Positions 19,783-27,679 of a stretch of DNA of 32,000 nucleotides are shown here, piece by piece. Origin of the DNA: Synechocystis sp. PCC 6803 substr. PCC-P (lineage in GTDB: Bacteria > Cyanobacteriota > Cyanobacteriia > Cyanobacteriales > Microcystaceae); contig NC_017039.1 in NCBI RefSeq assembly GCF_000284455.1, positions 720,001 to 752,000 on the forward strand, read 5' to 3'. Below the pieces are notes generated by a model. That model had not been told where the DNA came from. It saw nothing but the letters and a program-made list of their open reading frames with translations, and searched no databases. The position numbers and the translations under genes were made by a program. Every line of letters begins with the position of its first letter. Within the stretch, counting starts at the first letter, position 1.

Positions 19783-22032
19783 ATGGCTACCCGTTCCCGC
19801 AAAGCCCCTTCTGCCCCTAAAAAAAGTCAAACTAACCTTTCCCAGGGTGGCAACAGCCAAAAGGTAGCCCTCAAAAAAGGCTCCAGGGTGGCCAAAATTC
19901 GTCTGCAGGAATCGGGCAAAAATTCCCAATCCCGGCGGGTATTTCCCCTCCTTGGCGATCGTTATTTTCTCGGCCGCAGTTCCAGTTGTGATATTCAACT
20001 GCAAAATCCCCTCGTGAGTCAGACCCATTGTTCCCTGCGGCGGGACCCTGACCATCCTAACCAGTTTTTTATTCGAGATGAAGGCTCTAGCAACGGCATT
20101 TATCTGCAACGTCGCCGCCTAAAAAGCTATCGTCTGCAGCATGGTGATGAAATTACCCTGGGGCCACCGGAATTGGTGGATGTGCCCAAACTTGTTTATT
20201 TCAACCCGCCGCCATTGTGGTTAAAGGGAATGCGCACTTTTTTTTCCACTGGTATTCTGTTTTTTCTCATCATCACCGGGGCGATCGCCTGGCAATGGAG
20301 CAAAATTCCCGTTAAACCCATGCCCAGTGGCGTGACGGGGCCAGTTAAGGTTTATGCCGGGGACGGGGTGACGGAAATCAATCCGGTTAAGCAAGAAATT
20401 CACCGGGAATTTGATAATTTAAGTGATTTTTCGCCCTATTTACCCCAAGCGGTCATTGCTTCGGAAGATACTCGCTTTTACTGGCATTTTGGCGTTGATC
20501 CCTACGGTTTGGGCCGAGCGATTTACATTAACCTCCAGGACAGGGATGTGAAACAGGGAGCCAGCACCCTTACTCAACAGTTGGCCCGCAGTTTGTTCAG
20601 TGAAGTAGGGCGGGAAAATACGGCGGGGCGTAAAATTCGGGAAATGTTTGTCGCCCTCAAGTTGGAAGCGGTGTATAGCAAAGACGACATTTTAAAAGCC
20701 TATTTGAATCGAGTTTACCTAGGGGCTGGTAATTACGGCTTTGAAGATGCGGCCCAGTTTTATTTCGACAAATCTGCCCAGGATTTGGATGTGGGGGAAG
20801 CGGCCACCCTAGTGGCAATGTTGCCAGCTCCCAATCTTTACAACCCCGTGCAGGATTATCAAACCTCCGTACAATTGCGGAATCGGGTTATTGAGCGCAT
20901 GGCCATGTTGGGCATGATTGACGAACAGGAAGCCAACCGGGCTAGGCGATCGCGCATTCAGGTCAGTCCCAAGGCTACCCAAACCCTTTCCCAACGGCAG
21001 GCTCCCTACTTTTACGGTTACATTTTTGGCGAATTAAACCATTTACTAGGCGAAGATGTGGCCAAAGAAGGCAATTTTGTCGTGGAAACTAGCCTTAACT
21101 TAAAAATGCAGGCCCTAGCGGAAAAAAGCTTACAAAAATTCCTCACCACGGAGGGAAAAAAGTATGCGGTTTCCCAGGGGGCAGTGGTTACCCTGGACAG
21201 TCGTACCGGGGCAGTTTTGGCCATGGTGGGGGGCAAAAGTTACCGGGAAAGTCAATTTAATCGGGCGAGCCAAGCCCAACGGCAACCAGGCTCAACGTTC
21301 AAGCTTTTTGCCTACACAGCGGCGATCGCCAAGGGAGTGAGCACTAATCAGGCTTTTGAGTGTGGCCCTTTCACCTGGCAGGGTCAAAACTACAAGCCCT
21401 GTGAACGGAGCGGGGCAGCCCCGGCCATTACCTTTGCGGAAGGTTTTGCCCAATCGGAAAATGTGGTGGCCCTACGGGTGGCCCAAACGGTGGGCTTAGA
21501 CGAAATTATTGCCCTGGCTAAGGATTTTGGCGTTAACTCTTCCCTGGTGAAAGAACCAGGTTTGGTGCTGGGGCAGAGTGAAGCTAGGGTGCTGGAGATG
21601 ACCGGAGCCTACGGGGCGATCGCCAATGGAGGTGTTTGGAACCGGCCCCACGGCATTGTTAACATCCGGGATGGGGGGGATTGTCCCGATCCAGAGCAAC
21701 TAAAAAGCTGTCGGGAAGTTTATCAGGTCAGCCAGGATGGCCGGGGACAAAAACAGGTGGTTTCTCCGGCGATCGCCGCCACCATGACCCAACTTTTACA
21801 AGCCGCTGTGACCAATGGCACAGGCAAAGCTGCGGACATTGGCTACGGAACCGCGGGCAAAACCGGCACCACGGATAAAGCAGTGGATTTATGGTTTATT
21901 GGCTTTCTGCCCCAAAAAAATCTGGTCACCGGCATTTGGTTAGGCAATGACGACAGTAGTCCCACCCAAGGCAGTAGTGGTCTGGCCGCTACCCTTTGGG
22001 GTCAATATATGCGACAAATTGCTTCCTTGTAG
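19783..22032 (+). CDS. Class A penicillin-binding protein (GT51 transglycosylase + transpeptidase) with N-terminal cytoplasmic FHA domain
   Basis: 749 aa. FHA signature: LGRSSSCDIQL..VSQTHCSL..IRDEGSSNGIYL..GDEITLG. TM segment: FFSTGILFFLIITGAIAWQW. GT51 motifs: EDTRFYWHFG, GASTLTQQLAR, RKIREM. Transpeptidase motifs: STFK, SEN, KTGT. Confidence 0.9.
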   Translation: MATRSRKAPSAPKKSQTNLSQGGNSQKVALKKGSRVAKIRLQESGKNSQSRRVFPLLGDRYFLGRSSSCDIQLQNPLVSQTHCSLRRDPDHPNQFFIRDEGSSNGIYLQRRRLKSYRLQHGDEITLGPPELVDVPKLVYFNPPPLWLKGMRTFFSTGILFFLIITGAIAWQWSKIPVKPMPSGVTGPVKVYAGDGVTEINPVKQEIHREFDNLSDFSPYLPQAVIASEDTRFYWHFGVDPYGLGRAIYINLQDRDVKQGASTLTQQLARSLFSEVGRENTAGRKIREMFVALKLEAVYSKDDILKAYLNRVYLGAGNYGFEDAAQFYFDKSAQDLDVGEAATLVAMLPAPNLYNPVQDYQTSVQLRNRVIERMAMLGMIDEQEANRARRSRIQVSPKATQTLSQRQAPYFYGYIFGELNHLLGEDVAKEGNFVVETSLNLKMQALAEKSLQKFLTTEGKKYAVSQGAVVTLDSRTGAVLAMVGGKSYRESQFNRASQAQRQPGSTFKLFAYTAAIAKGVSTNQAFECGPFTWQGQNYKPCERSGAAPAITFAEGFAQSENVVALRVAQTVGLDEIIALAKDFGVNSSLVKEPGLVLGQSEARVLEMTGAYGAIANGGVWNRPHGIVNIRDGGDCPDPEQLKSCREVYQVSQDGRGQKQVVSPAIAATMTQLLQAAVTNGTGKAADIGYGTAGKTGTTDKAVDLWFIGFLPQKNLVTGIWLGNDDSSPTQGSSGLAATLWGQYMRQIASL

Positions 22033-22050
22033 TTAACTGGGTTGATCAAA

Positions 22051-22181
22051 AAGCTTGTTTAAAAAGTCATGGTCCGCCCCCTAAATCGACCCACTAAAGC
22101 TCCGGCTCTGGCAAGTTTGGGGGAATTTGAACACTGTTCCCCCCAGAGTTGGGGGGCTAGGGGGGCTTTTAAAACACGTTC
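22051..22181 (+). mobile_element. MITE-like element, copy B (131 bp, variant)
   Basis: Right TIR AAACACGTTC (22172..22181, rc GAACGTGTTT) followed by TAA at 22182..22184. Left TIR is degenerate, AAGCTTGTTT (22051..22060), preceded by AAA. It shares the core ccgccccctaaatcgacccactaaagctccgg and aggggggcttttaaaaca with copy C. The middle section differs (ccccccagagttgggggg hairpin). Confidence 0.7.
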
Positions 22182-22789
22182 TAAACCTTGGCCAGGATGA
22201 AAACATTGCCTTCATTACCACGGCTGATGCGTAAATCTTCGTCTAAATAGGTGATTTCTAGCCAAGCGGCATTGTCCCGACCGGGCAAATTAAAATCCGC
22301 TGGCAGAAAGCGTTTGCCCGTGGAAATTTGTTGGATGAATTTTAAAGGAGATTGATAATTGAGGATTTTTTGTAGGCCGAGAATGGAACGCTCAAATTTG
22401 ACTTCAATGCGTTTGTCGGAAACAGGGATAAAGGAAGCCACCACGGACACTAAACTTTCCAAGAAAGGGATGCCTTCAATTTCCGCCAAATTTACCACCC
22501 TTGACCCCGCCACGTCTATGTACTGATAAATTTGCCCTAATTGCAAAAGGGGAAGGCGATTCAAGCCCAAAATACTTTGGCTGCTGGTGTAGAGGAGTCG
22601 CCAATTACCATCCAGCAAATTTTTCTCCTGGAGTGGTTTGGGATGGGGATTATAGTCTTCCAATTTTTCCACCGCAGAAAGGATGGCCACCCGGTCCCGA
22701 TCTGATGCCAATAGCCCCCGGTTTTTGCCGGCGATCGCCTCTAGGAGATTGGTTTTAAAATCCATATTGGCATCCATACTATTGGGCAC
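22181..22789 (-). CDS. Fibrillin / plastid lipid-associated protein (PAP) family
   Basis: 202-aa ORF with a GTG start; alternative ATGs at 22777 and 22765. PAP_fibrillin-like pattern: KTNLLEAIAGKNRGLLASDRDRVAILSAVEKLE...GNWRLLYTSS. The stop TAG (22181..22183) spans the MITE junction. Confidence 0.8.
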   Translation of the reverse strand: MPNSMDANMDFKTNLLEAIAGKNRGLLASDRDRVAILSAVEKLEDYNPHPKPLQEKNLLDGNWRLLYTSSQSILGLNRLPLLQLGQIYQYIDVAGSRVVNLAEIEGIPFLESLVSVVASFIPVSDKRIEVKFERSILGLQKILNYQSPLKFIQQISTGKRFLPADFNLPGRDNAAWLEITYLDEDLRISRGNEGNVFILAKV

Positions 22790-22880
22790 GCTAAATCCGT
22801 TAAAAATTTTATTGGGTAGTTACACCAATTATCCCATGTTGGCCGGGACTGGCGATCGGGATTCCCAGAGCATAAAGAAC

Positions 22881-24734
22881 CTAGGCTGATTGCAACCAAT
22901 TGAGGGTTTCAGGAAAACGGGGAATGGACTGAATTAATTTTTTGGTGTAAGCGCTCTGGGGATTTTCGATAATTTCCTGGGCCGTATTGATGGGTTCCGC
23001 CAGTTGCCCCCGGTTCATCACCATAATGCGATCGCCCATGAAACGAACAACGCTCAAATCATGGGAAATAAAAATATAGGTCAGTTGTAAATCCCGTTGT
23101 AATTCCTTCAGCAGATTTAATACCTGGGCTTGCACCGACACATCCAGGGCAGAAACGGACTCGTCACAAATGATAAAACGGGGATTGAGCGCCAAGGCCC
23201 GAGCAATGCAAATCCGTTGCCGTTGGCCCCCAGACAATTCGTGGGGATAGCGGTTAAACCATTGGGGACTAATACCCACCCGTTCCAACAGTTCCGCCAC
23301 CCGTTGCCGTTGCTGCTTAGTGGATTGTTTAGGCTCGTGAATAATCAGTGGCTCTTGGATGGCCCGACCAATGGTCATGCGGGGATTAAGGGAATTGTAG
23401 GGATTTTGGAAAATAATTTGCATTTCCCGCCGTAAACGTCGCCATTGTTGGGATTTTTCCGGTAAAGCAGCCACATTTTGTCCATCAAAGATAATTCGAC
23501 CCGTTTGAATGGGAGTTAAGCGCAATAAAGCCCGAGCTAAGGTGGATTTACCGCAACCGGATTCCCCCACTAACCCCAGGGTTTCCCCCGGATAAACCTG
23601 GAAGGAAACATCATTAACTGCTTTGAAAACGGATTTTTTCCCAAATAGTCCCCCCTGCCCGTAACTAACGGTTAGGTTTTGCACTTCCAGCAGAGGGGGT
23701 TTGGCTTGCAATTGAGCCAGGCGATCGCTTTCCTGGGCCGGAGTAATAACTTGATAACTGGGAGGCGGACCATCAGCATTGAGAAAATCCCCCACCGTGG
23801 GCAAATGGTCTAACTGTATTTCCAAGCGAGGACGACAGGCCAATAAACCTTTGGTGTAGGGATGTTGAGGACTATGCAAAATCTGTTCCTTTAGCCCCTG
23901 CTCAACAATTTCCCCCCGGTACATCACCGCCACCCGGTCCGCAATTTCGTTAATCACCCCCAAATCATGGGAAATAAAAATTAGGGACATTTCCTGATGT
24001 TGTTTGCACAAATCCCGCAGGAGCCGCAAAATTTCCGCCTGCACTGTCACATCCAAAGCAGTGGTTGGTTCATCGGCAATGAGTAGTCGGGGATTGGCGG
24101 AAATGGCCATGGCAATCATCACCCGTTGCAGTTGGCCGCCGGATAGTTCATGGGGATAACGTTTGAGAAAACTTTGTTTCCGCTGTTGGATATAACTAGC
24201 TAAATTTTGGGTTACTTTGCCCCTAGGCTGGGCCTGTTCTTGGGCTAAAAATTCTTCTTCCAGCACTTCATCTTTGGGCAATACCCTCACTTCCTGCAAA
24301 AGGGCGATCGCCTGGTTTTGAGCTTCTTCCTGGGTAACGTTTTGGTGGAGGCGAATTGCTTCAATAATTTGAAAGCCAATGGTATAAACCGGATTAAGGG
24401 AACTCATTGGCTCCTGGAAAATCATGGCAATTTTGCCGCCCCGGTACTGACGCTTGTCCCCCTCTGGCAGAGCAACTAGGTTGACAGGGGAACTCTGGGC
24501 CTGGGCAAAAAAATCAATTTCACTGCTAGGTTCCACCCAGCCTGGCTTGGGCACCAACCCCATAATGCCCAGGGAAGTGACGGATTTACCGGAACCAGAT
24601 TCCCCCACAATGCCGAGGATTTCCCCCCGCTCTAACTCAAAATCAACCCCTTTGACGGCCAACAATTTTTCCCTGGTATCAGCATCGGGGAAAGCAATTT
24701 CCAGTTGACGCACAGCCAAAATCAGGTCATTCAT
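22881..24734 (-). CDS. ABC transporter ATP-binding protein with two fused ATPase domains (Dpp/Opp D-F type)
   Basis: ORF 22881..24833 has a GTG start. I prefer the ATG at 24734 (MNDLILAVRQLEIAF). Two Walker A motifs (GESGSGKS, GESGCGKS), two LSGGQ signatures and two Walker B motifs. No permease or binding-protein gene is adjacent. Confidence 0.85.
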   Translation of the reverse strand: MNDLILAVRQLEIAFPDADTREKLLAVKGVDFELERGEILGIVGESGSGKSVTSLGIMGLVPKPGWVEPSSEIDFFAQAQSSPVNLVALPEGDKRQYRGGKIAMIFQEPMSSLNPVYTIGFQIIEAIRLHQNVTQEEAQNQAIALLQEVRVLPKDEVLEEEFLAQEQAQPRGKVTQNLASYIQQRKQSFLKRYPHELSGGQLQRVMIAMAISANPRLLIADEPTTALDVTVQAEILRLLRDLCKQHQEMSLIFISHDLGVINEIADRVAVMYRGEIVEQGLKEQILHSPQHPYTKGLLACRPRLEIQLDHLPTVGDFLNADGPPPSYQVITPAQESDRLAQLQAKPPLLEVQNLTVSYGQGGLFGKKSVFKAVNDVSFQVYPGETLGLVGESGCGKSTLARALLRLTPIQTGRIIFDGQNVAALPEKSQQWRRLRREMQIIFQNPYNSLNPRMTIGRAIQEPLIIHEPKQSTKQQRQRVAELLERVGISPQWFNRYPHELSGGQRQRICIARALALNPRFIICDESVSALDVSVQAQVLNLLKELQRDLQLTYIFISHDLSVVRFMGDRIMVMNRGQLAEPINTAQEIIENPQSAYTKKLIQSIPRFPETLNWLQSA

Positions 24735-24910
24735 AGATGTTTGGAGACGGGGAAAGTCGCTAACGGCAGGTGGTGACAGTTCTTTTGCAGGGACATCATC
24801 AAAACAGACAAAATGTGTCCTAAGATTCGCCACTCAAACTCTAGCAAACAGAGCCGCAAAAACCACGGTAGCGTCAATTTCCCCTTACCTCCATCGACAT
24901 ACCTTAACCT

Positions 24911-25387
24911 TTAATCGGACTCCACCGGGACAAAATCCAAATGGTTAAATAGGGTGGTGACAAAGCTAAACAGTAAAAATGGCAACGAAAGCACCAAGAC
25001 CAGACCCACTGTGGCTAGGGCATAGACCGGCCGGGTACTACTGGCCAGGGCCAAGGCGGATGCGAGGGAAAGGAAAATTACAATTAGCCAGACAATGATT
25101 TGGCCATAAATATCCCCAAAGGATAGGGTACAGACCATGCGATATTTGGGTAAGTCTCTTTCCATCATTGAAAAATCCTCTGTTGTGTATGGGGAAACGT
25201 CAACCCCTGCCAGGGCTAATAACATTGACCAATGGTCAAAGCGGCAATTGGCCAAAATTCTAAAGGATATTTCCGTTAATGATGTTAAGTTTTGAGACAG
25301 GGTTAATTGGGGATTAAATTTTGTCCCTGCCCCAAAGCCCAAAACCATTGTTGTTATTATGCTGGGAGTCCATGCGGCGATCGCCAA
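24911..25387 (-). CDS. Hypothetical membrane protein
   Basis: 158-aa ORF with an apparent TTG start; start uncertain, internal ATG at 25348. Two clear C-terminal TM spans (IIVWLIVIFLSLASALALA, ALATVGLVLVLSLPFLLFSFV). Confidence 0.5.
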   Translation of the reverse strand: MAIAAWTPSIITTMVLGFGAGTKFNPQLTLSQNLTSLTEISFRILANCRFDHWSMLLALAGVDVSPYTTEDFSMMERDLPKYRMVCTLSFGDIYGQIIVWLIVIFLSLASALALASSTRPVYALATVGLVLVLSLPFLLFSFVTTLFNHLDFVPVESD

Positions 25388-25439
25388 AGGTTTGTCCTAG
25401 AGTTCTTGAATCTTAAAAATTTCTCCATTCTCCATTTCC

Positions 25440-26225
25440 ATGAAACGACGAAAATTTATTCGTACCGCTGGAGCCGGGTTGCTGGCCGTTGCTGGAGTCC
25501 AAATTGGCGATCGACTCAGACCAGCCACCGCCCAAGCTAGCTCTGGTTTACAGGTGGAGTGGTTGGGCCATAGCGCTTTCCTCTTTTCGGCTAACGGTTT
25601 CCGGATCTTGGCTAATCCTTTCCGGGCCATCGGTTGCACTAAGGGATTTCGTTTGCCCAAGGTGCAGGCAGATTTAGTCCTCATTAGCTCCCAACTGTGG
25701 GATGAAGGGGCAGCGGAGAATTTACCGGGAAACCCGAGAATTTTGTTTGAACCGGGCAGTTACGACATTGGCGGCATCCAATTCCAGGGCATCAGTGCGC
25801 CCCACGATCGCCTGGGAGGAAGAAGATTTGGCCAAAATGTGGTCTGGCGTTGGAGTCAGGGAGGAATTCGGATAGTACATATGGGGGGAGCCGCTTCTCC
25901 CATCACCGAAGAACAAAAAATCCTTTTGGGCAGCCCCGACCTAGCCCTAATTCCCGTGGGGGGCGGGCCCAAAAATTACGACGCCGCCGAAGCCAAGGCC
26001 GCCATGGCCATACTCAATCCCCGCATGGTAGTGCCCACCCAATACGCCACCCCCGCCGCTGACCGGGGCAACTGTGACCTCCAGACCCTGCAACCGTTTT
26101 TGGATTTGGTGGAAGGCATGAATGTCCAACGCATCAATGGCAATAGCCTTTCCCTCCGGGCCAATAATCTCCCGGCGGAAGGGACCCTAATCCGCATCTT
26201 CAGTGAACAAGGATTGTTGGTTTAG
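25440..26225 (+). CDS. Tat-exported MBL-fold (Lactamase_B_3 / UlaG-like) hydrolase-family protein
   Basis: 261 aa. Twin-arginine signal MKRRKFIRTAGAGLLAVAGV...ATAQA. The VEWLGHSAFLFSANGFRILANPF start is typical of this MBL-fold subgroup. Confidence 0.7.
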   Translation: MKRRKFIRTAGAGLLAVAGVQIGDRLRPATAQASSGLQVEWLGHSAFLFSANGFRILANPFRAIGCTKGFRLPKVQADLVLISSQLWDEGAAENLPGNPRILFEPGSYDIGGIQFQGISAPHDRLGGRRFGQNVVWRWSQGGIRIVHMGGAASPITEEQKILLGSPDLALIPVGGGPKNYDAAEAKAAMAILNPRMVVPTQYATPAADRGNCDLQTLQPFLDLVEGMNVQRINGNSLSLRANNLPAEGTLIRIFSEQGLLV

Positions 26226-26280
26226 GGAGCTTTGGTAAACCTTCAAAGAAGGAGCTCGGACTTTTTAGCAGACTTTCTAA

Positions 26281-26404
26281 GAGCCTGTTTTAAAAGCCCC
26301 CCTGACCCCCCAAATTTTGGGGGAAACTGAGTGAAAGTCCCCCATATTGCCGGAGCTTTAGTGGGTCGATTTAGGGGGCGGAATAAAACTTTCCAAACAC
26401 GTTC
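26281..26404 (-). mobile_element. MITE-like element, copy C (124 bp, inverted relative to copy A)
   Basis: Plus-strand GAGCCTGTTT (26281..26290) and AAACACGTTC (26395..26404). They are flanked by TAA at 26278..26280 and 26405..26407. The reverse complement aligns base-for-base with copy A except for a 14-nt extra segment and a few substitutions. Confidence 0.8.
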
Positions 26405-27120
26405 TAAAGGGAACTTTGGGCCGCTTTTCGTTGCTCCGCTAGATAAGTAAATACGGACTTATCGCCAATATCTGGGTCAAGGGGTTGCATTACCTTTCTG
26501 GCCACAAAGATGAGAAATAGAACGCTGGCTGAGACCAGTCCCCCTTTGGCCACGGTCAACGGCAATATTCCGGCCAAATGTCCCAACAGTAACAACGGAA
26601 TAATGGCGGTTAGAAATTTAGTTTCCAAACGATTAAAACAAAATGCTTCCTTGAAGAAAATTCCCGTCAGGGCGGCAAAAGTAAAGCCGATCCCAAGAAT
26701 GGTCCAGGGTTGATCATAGACTGTAGTCACTAGAATCCCTGGGTAGGCAAAACTGAAATAGAGGGCCGCCGTGGTACCGATCGCCCAAAAAATTTGCAAA
26801 GTGCGGTGGAGCACCGCTAGGTAAATGTGAATGGTCCAGAGACTCAACCCCAAACCCCCGGTCATCAGCCAAAAACAAGCCGTGGCTAGGTGAAAGTTAA
26901 CTGCCAAAGGCTGAAAAGGTTGGGCTAAAGCTAGGGCCACCCCCAAACTAAATCCCCCGGCCGCCAAAGCTAGCCCCGTGCGGTAGAGAATTACTTCCCG
27001 GCGATCGTGGTCATTGACGGTGAAGGGGCCAAATTGCCCTTGGTAGGTGGGGTTAACAGAGGTACTTTCTCGCATAATCGTTGCTCCAGAATCAGCACAG
27101 TTCAGACCATTTTCAGCCAT
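26404..27120 (-). CDS. Conserved cyanobacterial multi-pass membrane protein (DUF2301-like, tentative)
   Basis: 238 aa with ATG start. About six hydrophobic spans follow a soluble N-terminus (PTYQGQFGPFTVNDHDRREVILYRTG). The stop TAG (26404..26406) spans the MITE junction. Confidence 0.7.
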   Translation of the reverse strand: MAENGLNCADSGATIMRESTSVNPTYQGQFGPFTVNDHDRREVILYRTGLALAAGGFSLGVALALAQPFQPLAVNFHLATACFWLMTGGLGLSLWTIHIYLAVLHRTLQIFWAIGTTAALYFSFAYPGILVTTVYDQPWTILGIGFTFAALTGIFFKEAFCFNRLETKFLTAIIPLLLLGHLAGILPLTVAKGGLVSASVLFLIFVARKVMQPLDPDIGDKSVFTYLAEQRKAAQSSL

Positions 27121-27334
27121 GGATAACCATTAATCCTAATTATCCCAGGCCTCCCCCTCCATCAGGGGATTTTATGGCGATCGCCATTGCTATTGGTACC
27201 AAAACAAGGATAGAATCTATGCAATCTAAAACTTAAATTACATAACTAAAGGTAAATGATTGCCAAACTATTATTCGGGCCTGATTGGTCTGGGTTTGTG
27301 CTGGTCTAAACGAATAAATAAGGAGGAGCGGGCC

Positions 27335-27679
27335 ATGGTCGCCCTAGAGGCTTGTATTTTTGTGACTGTGATCATCGGCTTTTTAGGTCTGATTTATAAA
27401 TCTAATGTGTTTATGAAAATCATTGCCATGGACGTGATGGGCACTGGAGTCATTGCCTACTATTGCCTGATCGCTTCCCGCACTGGCTTTCTTACTCCTA
27501 TTGTCACTAGCCAGGAATCCACCATTCCCTATGCCGATCCCGTTCCCCAAGCAGTTATCCTCACAGCCATTGTGATTGGTCTATCGATTCAGGCGTTGAT
27601 GTTGGTGGCCACCATGAAACTGGCCCGGGAAAATCCCACCCTAGAAGTAAAGGCGATTGAAAAACAGTACTGGCCATGA
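27335..27679 (+). CDS. mrpC: Mrp antiporter subunit C (NuoK/4L-like), copy 1
   Basis: ORF 27260..27679. I prefer the ATG at 27335, preceded by AGGAGG at 27321..27326. Three TM spans and a C-terminal KLARENPTLEV pattern. The stop overlaps the next start (ATGA at 27676). Confidence 0.85.
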   Translation: MVALEACIFVTVIIGFLGLIYKSNVFMKIIAMDVMGTGVIAYYCLIASRTGFLTPIVTSQESTIPYADPVPQAVILTAIVIGLSIQALMLVATMKLARENPTLEVKAIEKQYWP

